DNA of 63,501 nt, counting the filler, from Octopus bimaculoides (Eukaryota), in the NCBI RefSeq assembly GCF_001194135.2. It is 7 parts of 6 records of this genome, joined end to end, with 100 filler letters (N's around TTAATTAATTAA, not from the genome) between each part and the next. Parts side by side here need not be neighbours in the genome. Positions count along the whole stretch, not along the records: positions 21,949 to 45,098 come from NC_068983.1; 6 more parts are not named here. The stretch is one strand, 5' to 3'. Below are positions 26,955 to 37,966 of the stretch, piece after piece (within the stretch, counting starts at the first letter, position 1; every line of letters begins with the position of its first letter). Below the pieces are notes generated by a model, which worked only from the letters and a program-made list of their open reading frames with translations, did not search any database and was not told the origin of the DNA. A program made the translations under genes and the position numbers.

Positions 26955-27325
26955 GACCTTCTTCATCATCATCATCGTTTAATGTCTGCTTTCCATGCTA
27001 GCATGGGTTGGATGATTTGACTGAGGACTGGTGGACCAGGTGGCTACATCAGGCTCCAATCTGATTTCACAGAGTTTCTACAGCTGGATGCCCTTCCTAA
27101 CGCCAACCACTCCGAGAGTGTAGTGGGTGCTTTTACGTGCCACCGGCACGAAGGCCAGTCAGGGGGTACTGGCAACAGCCACACTTGAAATGGTGTATTT
27201 TACGTGCCACCTGCACAGGAGCCAGTCCAGGGGCACTGGCAACGATCTCGCTTGAATGTCTTTACACATGCCACCGGCACAAGTGCCAGGAAGGCGACGC
27301 TGGGCACAGGTGCCATCACGATTTC
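26955..27325 (-). mobile_element. RTE 3'-tail element (type C: SINE or 5'-truncated LINE)
   Basis: Reverse match to the LINE 3' UTR at 43260-43641, ends in (GAT)n. Confidence 0.8.
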
Positions 27326-27599
27326 ACTTTTATTCTCATCAAGGATAGATTTAGTTAATCCTTTCACAAAGCTTAGGAATCTAGAGAGAAAGGTCCATAT
27401 CCTTTAGCATTAAATAAACGTGAGGCCAATTGTATATAACTCTTAATGTTCTGTAGCATTAAAGCAGAAGAGAGACATATTCTGGATAGGATGCCTATGC
27501 ACCAAAAATAACTTCCCTCCCTTCCCAGATATTCTGGGGGTTACTGTCAAATGATAGAATAAATAGAGATACAAGAGTAACAATCTTATCCAAAGATGT

Positions 27600-27726
27600 C
27601 TTCTTTTACCTTATTTTTCCCTCAGTTTCACTCTTTGGACTGCAGCCATGCTGGGCATCACCTTGAAGGGTTTAGTCAAACAAATTGACCCCAGTGCTTA
27701 TTTTTAAGTGTGGCGGACGTTAAACA

Positions 27727-27759
<33 letters not shown>

Positions 27760-28030
27760 TACTTATTGCGTCAGTCTTTTTTTTGCAGAACCAAGTTATG
27801 GGGATGTAAACAATCAACACCGGTTTTTCAAGTGGTGTTGAAGGACAAACAAACTCAAAAAAATAGAAACACACACACACACATTGGATTTATTTCAGTT
27901 TCTGCCTACCATATCTAGTCGCAAAGCTTTGGTATGTCAGGGGCTATAGTGGAAGACACTTGCCCTAAGTGCCATGCAGTGGGACTGAACGCTAGACCAC
28001 ATAGTTGGGAAGCAAACTTAGGCTCAGCCA
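27600..28030 (-). mobile_element. SINE type A fragments
   Basis: gactgcagccatgctg...; gggctatagtggaagacacttgccctaag...gggactgaac. Confidence 0.65.
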
Positions 28031-28625
28031 TGTAGTTGTTGTTAGTAGATTTCATATTAGACAATCCCAGCAACTTTTGTCTTCTTTTATAGCTTAATTA
28101 GAAGTGTGAGGGTATTCTTGGACCAGGCAATGCTTTGTGTTCTTCAGCAAAACATTTTATTTCACATTGCTTTAGTCCACTCAGCTGGCAAAAATGAGTA
28201 ACCCTACAATAGACCGGCATTCCATCAAGACAGGGAATATATACACCATGGAATCTGAGCAACTGGCCTTATTAATGTATATGACTCGGGGAAGATCTTT
28301 ATCCAGAAGTAGGAGGTAGGGAGTCTCTGATATTGAGGAAGGAAATGAAAAAAGAAACTGCAATACATAACTTATTCACAAAACCAAAGACCTGATCAGA
28401 ATGCCAGCAACAGAATGGACTTCACTGAAAGCACCCAAAGCTAGTTGTATCAAATTAGGTGATGGATTAAATCTATCTTTCCTATGAAATTGAATACAAA
28501 AGCCAGGAATTGATTTCAATACTGTATCCACCTGCCATGTGGATATAGAAAGGGAGGGAAGTAACTTTTGGTAAACTAGCATTCAGTCCAGGGTGTGTGT
28601 TTCCTTTTCTTTAATGTTTTAGAGC

Positions 28626-28864
28626 CATGGTTCTCAACCAAATCTTATATGGCCCTTGTGGTTCCATATAAGATTTTATTGTTAAAATTTATCTGCAATA
28701 AATTATACAAAATATTTAAAAATTTCTTTTCATATAATTCCTAATAATATTTAATCATAAAAGTATAACAGGATTTTTAAACAACAAATGGCTGTTGGCA
28801 GGGTTCACTTAAGTAAAACAAGAATCAAAGGGGTCCTTAGGCAAAAAATGGTTGAGAACCACTT
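28626..28864. mobile_element. hAT-type MITE
   Basis: TIRs (c)ATGGTTCTCAACCA / TGGTTGAGAACCACT; TSD degenerate. Confidence 0.7.
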
Positions 28865-29069
28865 GAGCAGTTGAGTTATATCAAAATGACCTGATATAAG
28901 ATATAGAATAGAGATTTTCTTCTCTGGATTCCTAAGGTTTGTGAAAGGATTAACTAAATCTACCTTTGATGAGGATGAGTAATATGTTGCTACTGTTCAT
29001 GTCTTTTGTTTAACCTGAAGTCAATGTTAATCAAGCAGATCTATGATCGAGTGAATTATATCCATGAAC

Positions 29070-29300
29070 ATGGCGGCGAGCTGGCAGAATCATTAGCATG
29101 CTGGGTGAAATGCTTAGCGGTATTTTGTCTGCCATTACATTCTGAGTTCAAATTCCGCTGAGATCAACTTTACCTTTCATCCTTTCGGGGTCGATTAAAT
29201 AAGTACCAATTATGCACTGTGTTGTTGTAATCGACTTAATCCCTTTGTCTGTCCTTGTTTGTCCCCTCTGTGTTTAAGCTCCCTGTGGGCAATAAAGAAA
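29070..29300 (+). mobile_element. Full SINE type B with 13-bp TSD
   Basis: TATATCCATGAAC at 29057-29069 and 29303-29315; many CG>TG/CA changes relative to the 19481 copy. Confidence 0.9.
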
Positions 29301-29319
29301 TATATATCCATGAACTTAC

Positions 29320-29331
29320 CATCTTATACAA
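29320..29331 (-). CDS. Candidate 12-nt micro-exon (TTGTATAAGATG)
   Basis: tttttctacttcag acceptor and ATG|GTAAGT donor, both near consensus. Confidence 0.25.
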
Positions 29332-30329
29332 CTGAAGTAGAAAAACTGTTCTATTTACTTTTATCCCTATTTTCTCATACTTGCAAAAGTAGGGTACTTT
29401 TCTTGTTTTGGAACAAGTGTTATTTTATGGCTGGATATCCTTTCTTTCACTAACCATTCAGCAGTCATTTAGAGAGTGAAACCTCTATTTAAGTAAGTTG
29501 GGCCAACTGAGTGAAGCAGAGTGGCATGTTGCTGGATAACACAATGTGGATGAAGTATGGACAATTATTTAAGAAGTTAGCTTTGTGATCACAAGGTTCT
29601 GGTTTCAATCCCACTGCACGGCACGTTAGGCAATGTCTTTTACCATTATCTTGGGTTGGCCAAGCCTTATGAGTGAAAATGGAAATGATGCATCAACCAA
29701 TCAGATAGATTGTACCTGTAATTCAAAGCTAAAGCCTCATCACGCATTGTGTAATGCTGATACTACCTGAAGATTACATTAATGGTACACATGACTGTGG
29801 AATGGTCAGCCACTTACTTGCTAATTCAACGAGTAAGTAATTCAGTTGATTGATCAATTGAATCCTCATTATCAAAACCAACAGAGATCCACTTTTACTG
29901 TAACCCTGGGCTTATTCTAATTGGACAGATCTATGGAATGAAAGTGGTTAGTTGAATAGACTATATGCAGCTCAGATCTTTAGTGATTAGTCATGTAATA
30001 TTCATTGGCAGTTCACAATATTAGGCTGGTTGTGTGTGAAGACAATGACCACACTAAAATTTTAATAAAATATTCAAATATTTAATCAACCCACATCATA
30101 CTTACAATTGTACATCCAATAGATTACTGGAACAATGTTAAACAAACATAACAGTTGGCAATCTTCTGTAATACAACTGGTCACTTAATATTATGGAAGT
30201 GATGCAAGAAATTTAAATTACTGCATAGAATTAATGTGCATTTCTCAACACTACAAGGTAAGGGCATGTGTGTTTCCCATTCGATACCAACCTGTTTGAG
30301 GCTATTCCTGATTCTATTATACAAACACA

Positions 30330-30850
<521 letters not shown>

Positions 30851-31219
30851 GACAATGATGACGAATTAGAACCTTTCATCAAAATTTCATGTTAAATTCT
30901 GTTGTAAGCACCAGCTTAATCACGACAGAGTTATTTTAATTAATATCAATTATTATCAAAATTAATTAAAAAAGGGGCTGTAATTCAATAGAAACATAAT
31001 AACAAAAGGGCAACCTCAAAATAGTTGGTAACCAGAAGAGAAACACACATGCACTCTGTTTCTCTTTAAAGTCAGTAAAGGATATTTTAATGTATGAACA
31101 TAAATGTATGTATGCATATTGCAAGTTGTTGACTACATTTTTTGCACCTAGGACTGAAATTTTACACAAAGGCATATCTTTTTAAGGATAAGGATATACT
31201 CTTTGTGACATTTTCCCAG

Positions 31220-31289
31220 AATTTCTATAAATAAACCCTGGCAATATAGAGGACTGCTACTACTCATTATAATGACATATTTTGTAGTG
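31220..31289 (+). CDS. Candidate 70-nt exon (ISINKPWQYRGLLLLIIMTYFVV), TM-like
   Basis: ctctttgtgacattttcccag acceptor, GTG|GTGAGT donor, open phase 2>0 frame encoding a hydrophobic stretch. Confidence 0.45.
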
Positions 31290-31515
31290 GTGAGTATAGT
31301 TAATTGAATCAACTCTAGAACATGTGTAGTATTTACTTTATCAATATCAGAGATAGAAATAGCAAGGTTGGGGGTCAATAGGATTAGAACTCAGAATGAA
31401 GAAGTCTGTAAACCTTCAGCTGGGAACTACATAGCCTGCCACTCTGCATAATAGTAGTGGTTGTGGTGATGGTGGCGGCGGCGGCGGCGGCAGCAGCAGC
31501 AGCAGCAGCAGTAGC

Positions 31516-31549
<34 letters not shown>

Positions 31550-31903
31550 AGAGAGTATGCCTAGAATAAATACGAAATGGTATTACATATTTATTGTCTT
31601 GAAAAAAGTATAAGAAGGAAAACATTGGTAAATACACTCCTAGATGTTTAAAAATATGGTATTGTCATGATGACTGAAGTGCCATTGACCAAAGTTCTAT
31701 TTGATCAAGACTGATGTGGAGTAAAACAACAGCCCTGTCACAATTATTTTTATGGCATTCTAAAAGCTATCAGAAATTTCATCCTACAAATTAAAATCTT
31801 TAAATTTAAACTTACATCACATAACGATAAAAATTCTCGTTTTATGTACAGCATGAATTGTTAGTGATTAAGGAAAGGAAAATAATTACTGTTTAATCAC
31901 CAG

Positions 31904-31923
31904 TGTAGACTCTTGTCTTTAAA
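31904..31923 (+). CDS. Candidate 20-nt exon (CRLLSL)
   Basis: aatcaccag acceptor, AAA|GTAAGT donor; phase-compatible with 31220-31289. Confidence 0.25.
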
Positions 31924-32040
31924 GTAAGTGATGCCCCTGAATATACATACAATGTAGATACATATGCACATACATGCTTGTGTGTTTTTATGTATGTATG
32001 TATGTATGCATGTATGTCTATCTATTTATCTATCTTTCTG

Positions 32041-32071
<31 letters not shown>

Positions 32072-32679
32072 ATAATCTATATAAGGGCATTATTATAAAA
32101 TAAAGCCTCACACTTAGAGGGACTTAATAAGTCAAAACTACCAAAAATGATGGGTTTTTTTCCTTATGAGGTTTTTTTTCACGCTGACTACTTGATAAAT
32201 TCTTAAAAAGATTTTATCCTTATATTATATTATGTATATATNNNNNNNNNNNNNNNNNNNNNNNNNNNNNNNNNNNNNNNNNNNNNNNNNNNNNNNNNNN
32301 NNNNNNNNNNNNNNNNNNNNNNNNNNNNNNNNNNNNNNNNNNNNNNNNNNNNNNNNNNNNNNNNNNNNNNNNNNNNNNNNNNNNNNNNNNNNNNNNNNNN
32401 NNNNNNNNNNNNNNNNNNNNNNNNNNNNNNNNNNNNNNNNNNNNNNNNNNNNNNNNNNNNNNNNNNNNNNNNNNNNNNNNNNNNNNNNNNNNNNNNNNNN
32501 NNNNNNNNNNNNNNNNNNNNNNNNNNNNNNNNNNNNNNNNNNNNNNNNNNNNNNNNNNNNNNNNNNNNNNNNNNNNNNNNNNNNNNNNNNNNNNNNNNNN
32601 NNNNNNNNNNNNNNNNNNNNNNNNNNNNNNNNGTCTTTGCATTGCAGCTTTATTAATAAAGTATATATATATATATATA

Positions 32680-33662
32680 TGTAAGCACTGTGCGATCAGG
32701 AGAGGTGATGAAGAATGGCTCCTTTAGCACATCGCACAGTTGATACAAATAAAAATATGAAAAGAGGACAAATGTGTATAAGTGCCAGAAGGAAAAGAGT
32801 GACACGACCAGTAGAATGTTTAAGAGAAGATTTTATTTATATGTTAACATGTGTGTCTGTGTGAGTGTGACTTATAAACATAATAATAGACAGGCCGTCA
32901 TGTATACAAAGTGTATGTGTAAAACATAGATGTATGCGTGTGCAATAAGTTCAGAGCATAGAGAGAGTCTATAATGAAGTTAGGAGAATGTCCAGACACA
33001 AAGAGGATAAATACCAGTTCGTAGTCAAGCTACACTGTAGTTGAAGTGCTGTATCAAGAAGTTGTGGCAGCAATGCAGAGCCGGGAAGAGGCACATGTCG
33101 TGTAAGAAGTTGTGGTTTCAATGCTGCTGCCGGTTACTTGTTATATGAGTTCTTGCAGGTTGTATTTGGTGTTAAACATGATGAAGCATTTCACAAACAG
33201 TGTGGAGATAGAACCTGTGCAAGCGTTGCTGGTGGTGTGTATGTAGAGAAGTTGGTGTTAACACTAAGAAGCTGGAGGAGACGAAGATGGAAGCTGCTGT
33301 AAGCTGCTGAACGAAGTGTTGCTGGTCTCCATGTGGCTGCTGTTGTGTCATTGCTGGAACTGGCTGTGTGCTCTGTGGCCAGCAGCTAGACCTCAGAAGG
33401 TCTGGAGCCAGACTGACAAACTGTGATGGTGAAAAGCTGGCGTTTATAACATGCTGTCAGCTCAAACTAGGGTTTAGAAAAGACTGTCTCACGTGACCTT
33501 GTCTGAAGGCTGTGATTGGTTGGGTTGCATCTTGGCACGCAATAGAGCAAGAGACAAACTGTGCCAATACCAACCAATCAGAGTGGTGAACACAACAGGG
33601 TCCAAAGGTGCATCCGAAGGCTAGCTGTTATCCACTATGTCCGTATTCATGTATATATAACA
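32680..33662. mobile_element. Possible solo LTR
   Basis: Begins TGTAA and ends TAACA, ~980 bp, with AATAAA and CCAAT-like motifs; between (TA)n and (GA)n; no TSD seen. Confidence 0.3.
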
Positions 33663-33694
33663 GAGAGAGAGAGAAAAGTATCCCTTAAGGCATA

Positions 33695-33731
<37 letters not shown>

Positions 33732-34424
33732 NNNNNNNNNNNNNNNNNNNNNNNNNNNNNNNNNNNNNNNNNNNNNNNNNNNNNNNNNNNNNNNNNNNNN
33801 NNNNNNNNNNNNNNNNNNNNNNNNNNNNNNNNNNNNNNNNNNNNNNNNNNNNNNNNNNNNNNNNNNNNNNNNNNNNNNNNNNNNNNNNNNNNNNNNNNNN
33901 NNNNNNNNNNNNNNNNNNNNNNNNNNNNNNNNNNNNNNNNNNNNNNNNNNNNNNNNNNNNNNNNNNNNNNNNNNNNNNNNNNNNNNNNNNNNNNNNNNNN
34001 NNNNNNNNNNNNNNNNNNNNNNNNNNNNNNNNNNNNNNNNNNNNNNNNNNNNNNNNNNNNNNNNNNNNNNNNNNNNNNNNNNNNNNNNNNNNNNNNNNNN
34101 NNNNNNNNNNNNNNNNNNNNNNNNNNNNNNNNNNNNNNNNNNNNNNNNNNNNNNNNNNNNNNNNNNNNNNNNNNNNNNNNNNNNNNNNNNNNNNNNNNNN
34201 NNNNNNNNNNNNNNNNNNNNNNNNNNNNNNNNNNNNNNNNNNNNNNNNNNNTATATATATATATATATATATTATATACATATATGTATAGATAGATACA
34301 GAATATGCATAGTGTATATGTTATCAGTATCAAAGATGGGAATAGCAAGGTTGAGGGTCATTGGGATTTGAACTCAGAATGAGGAAGGCTGAAAACTATA
34401 AGCTAAGAAGTACTCCTCTAAGGT

Positions 34425-34620
34425 ATTAGTACCAGTGGCATGTAACAGGCACCCAGCCTGCTCTGTAAAGTGGTTGGCATTAGGAAGGGCATCTAGCCAT
34501 AGAAACCATACCACAACAGACAATTGGAGTCTGGACAGTTCCCTGCCTAGCCAGCTCCTATCAAACCATCCAGCCCATGCCAGCATTGAAAACTTACATT
34601 GAACGGTGATGATGATGATA
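34425..34620 (+). mobile_element. Type C RTE-tail element
   Basis: ttggcattaggaagggcatctagcc...cccatgccagcattgaaa...tgatgatgat. Confidence 0.7.
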
Positions 34621-34704
34621 TACATACATACATTCATACATGCATTCATACATGCATGCAGACATACATACATACATACATACATACATGCATGCATGCA
34701 TACA

Positions 34705-34734
<30 letters not shown>

Positions 34735-34737
<3 letters not shown>

Positions 34738-34899
34738 TTCCCTTCTCCTTTCTGACGAAGAGCTATGCTCGAGACATCAAACTCTCTCTTTTTACTGACC
34801 ATCAAGCTAATGCATTTCTTGTGTACATCCTCTTGTTGTCTGTTAATTTTATTATTTGTTTATTTGAATTGACTATATATACTGTACACACATACACAT

Positions 34900-34952
<53 letters not shown>

Positions 34953-35016
34953 NNNNNNNNNNNNNNNNNNNNNNNNNNNNNNNNNNNNNNNNNNNNNNNN
35001 NNNNNNNNNNNNNNNN

Positions 35017-35047
<31 letters not shown>

Positions 35048-35230
35048 CATATATACAGTTGAAATTTATAGAAAAATAAAAGACAAAGACAGGTGTGTGA
35101 ACAACAAGCATGTGTATTAGTTCGATGCTCAGGAAAAATGAAAAAGTCTTTTAACGTTTCAATCTTATACTCTTGAACAGAAAGGAATAAAAGAAAATAA
35201 ACAGAGAGAGAATGAAAAATACTTGTAGAT
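34735..35230. mobile_element. Two related PLE-derived short repeats in opposite orientation flanking (CA)n/(TA)n
   Basis: + copy: tttCTGACGAAGAGCtatGCTCGAGACATCaaa (decayed hammerhead). - copy 35040-35230: ctttctgttcaagag...ttgaaacgttaaaag. Confidence 0.5.
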
Positions 35231-35604
35231 TTCAGTGAAGGCTGTGTTGAAGTAGTACTCTTCACTGATTGACATGCAATATATAGTGGAATATTCAGCA
35301 GTCAGATCACTACATCCGGTGTCATGGTTCACCAGAATATTAGCCATGTGATCAGCAAAATCTAACCAATCACAACTTTGTGTGGAATAGGTTCTAGTGA
35401 GGATTCCATTTTTTTTGCACCTTTCTCTCTGAGACTATCCATCAGTATATATTCACCACATCTTAGCTACATAACAGAGAGCTTTGGGATGTAACAGAGA
35501 GAACATTGAAAGACAGCAGGGATGAGCTGGAAGACAGATGGCGAACAGAAGCAGACAGCTGCTGACCTGAGGTGACAACAACCTCAATAACTGACTGATC
35601 ACAT

Positions 35605-36174
35605 CAGGGTTTGGTGAACAGGGGTTAATTACTCCAAGTGGGGTAAAAATGAAATTCTTCAGGGTAATGAGGACTCATTAGACATAAGTAAAATTATATA
35701 AAAAACATGTTCCTTGTTACAACAGAAATTTTCTTCTGGTATGAGGAAGCAGTCAAAGAGTTGCTGCCTTTTGCAACAATCTACCTTTACAAACAAGGAT
35801 TTTCCACTCTAGTGAACATAAAAACAAAGCAGAGTAATCGATTAGACTCCAAAGACTGTATCCAAATTACTCTGGCATCAAAATGCTCCAATTTTGATGT
35901 AATTGTAACAAAAATGAAACATCATTTTTCCTAAACTTGAAGTCAAAAAGTTTCTAGAAAAGTCCTTTTGTTTCCTAATGAGGATATTAATCTATTTTAT
36001 CACATTTGTTTTATACTTTTTTATATTTATAATTGTATTCTCCACATAAATAGATTCAATAAACCTTTTGAATTCAATGAATCTATGATTTTCTTCCTTT
36101 CAAATCAAGAGGGTAACGACACCATAAATAAATATATTTTGGGGTAATTGGTTAAAAAAATTCCCTGACACCTG
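35605..36174 (+). mobile_element. Internally deleted hAT transposon with C-terminal dimerization-domain remnant
   Basis: AVKELLPFATIYLYKQGFSTLVNIKTKQSNRLDSKD (hATC LLPFxTTYLCExGFS-like); TIRs CAGGGTTTGGTGAA / TTCCCTGACACCTG; TSD GATCACAT / GATCACAG. Confidence 0.8.
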
Positions 36175-36449
36175 GATCACAGCAACACAACAACCAGCAG
36201 TTAAATTTTTGACTACTATCGCAATTACATCAAGAAAAATAACATTCAAAATCTCCCAACATCTTGTTGTTCATAGTAGTGACAGTATTTGTTTTTTGTG
36301 TATGAAAAACATAGAATTTTGTTTATCAAAAATTACTACATATATTGCTTTCCACATCTTTGTACAAATATATAGCCTTTTCTCTGATACTGGTCCTCAC
36401 ATGCCTTGGGGAGTCATCATGTTTAGCAAAAGACCTGAACCTCTGATTT

Positions 36450-36790
36450 TGTAACAAGAGTATCCCAGTTAAAACTTTTGTGAGAGCCTGTTTCCACTAA
36501 TCGGGATGAGTATAAAGAAGTATACCTAGAAAGAACAGCCCAAGTTCCCAATGGCACAAGTGGATGAAGACCTATGATCTCAATAGCTGAACTGGCAGAA
36601 GAGAGGAATGCCAGATGGAAGCACTACTCAAGCACTCCTTGCGCAATGGAAGTCCATTGCAGCTTTGTTGCTTGATGTTGCATGTCTCATTTCACATGTA
36701 GCACAACGAATGTCTTTGAGACCAGTGTGTGGGACACTTTCTGACAAGTCAGCATGAATCCTAACCAAAACTATGCCACCATTCTTCCCT
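36450..36790 (+). mobile_element. Highly decayed RTE-like 3' remnant
   Basis: Fragmentary similarity to the RTE C-terminus (…IAELAEERNARWK…TCSTT…); heavily frameshifted. Confidence 0.35.
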
Positions 36791-36855
36791 GAAGAATGAA
36801 ATACTTGAAAATGTGGAGGAGCCAACTATATATATCATCATCATCATCATCATAT

Positions 36856-37346
36856 ATATAGATGTCACTAAGGCGACAGAGGGTACAAAGTGGTACTGGC
36901 ATTGCTAGAAATAAAAGTAAAAATGGCTCATTAGCCACAAGAACACTGATAAGCTGACAAGGGAAGCAAACCACCCTTGGGTTAAGCTCAACTCACCTCA
37001 TCAACTTATAAGAAAACCCATTGTAAACATGTGTTGATTTCAAAAACGGTAGAAGTGAAAGCTATAAATAGTATAGCCATATCACTAGTGATTTTGAATT
37101 TTGAAAGTTGATGAGGTCAGTTGAGCTTAACCTTAGGCACAGTAAGAGCCACTGAAGAGAATTAAGATGCTCTGCATCAACATTTGAAATCACTAGTGAT
37201 ATGGCTATGCCAGTGACTGGAGGGAAGTTTGCCTATTTTGTAAGCTTATTAAGATAGTACTCTTGTGGCTAATGAGTCATTTTGATCCTTATTTCTAGCA
37301 ATGCTGGTACCACTTTGTACCCTGTGTTGTCTTAGGGCTGTCTATA
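36856..37346. mobile_element. Foldback/MITE with ~75-90 bp TIRs and crossing internal inverted repeats
   Basis: 36868-36943 pairs with 37261-37335; ends TATAG / CTATA; inner IR pairs listed in findings. Confidence 0.75.
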
Positions 37347-37822
37347 AATTTACCTTTAGGTTGTTAAATTGTTAACAAGTCACCCATATCATTTATATAT
37401 ATATATATATATATATCATTTGTAGAAAACATAAATCTGGAGAAGAAGCACAGTCTAACATGTAGAGCAGTATATATTTTACTTGGGAAGGCTGATTTAT
37501 GTGATTAGCCTGGGTTTCCTGTCCATAAAAGATGCCATAAAGTTTAGCCCTTTATGGACGGGAAACCCAGGGTAATCTCATTAACCGGCCTTCCCTAGTA
37601 AAATATATATANNNNNNNNNNNNNNNNNNNNNNNNNNNNNNNNNNNNNNNNNNNNNNNNNNNNNNNNNNNNNNNNNNNNNNNNNNNNNNNNNNNNNNNNN
37701 NNNNNNNNNNNNNNNNNNNNNNNNNNNNNNNNNNNNNNNNNNNNNNNNNNNNNNNNNNNNNNNNNNNNNNNNNNNNNNNNNNNNNNNNNNNNNNNNNNNN
37801 NNNNNNNNNNNNNNNNNTATAC

Positions 37823-37895
<73 letters not shown>

Positions 37896-37966
37896 ATGAT
37901 TGCTTCATCTTGACAGATGATAGCTGTTCCATCAGCACACACACCACATCCCATCACACAGCACAA

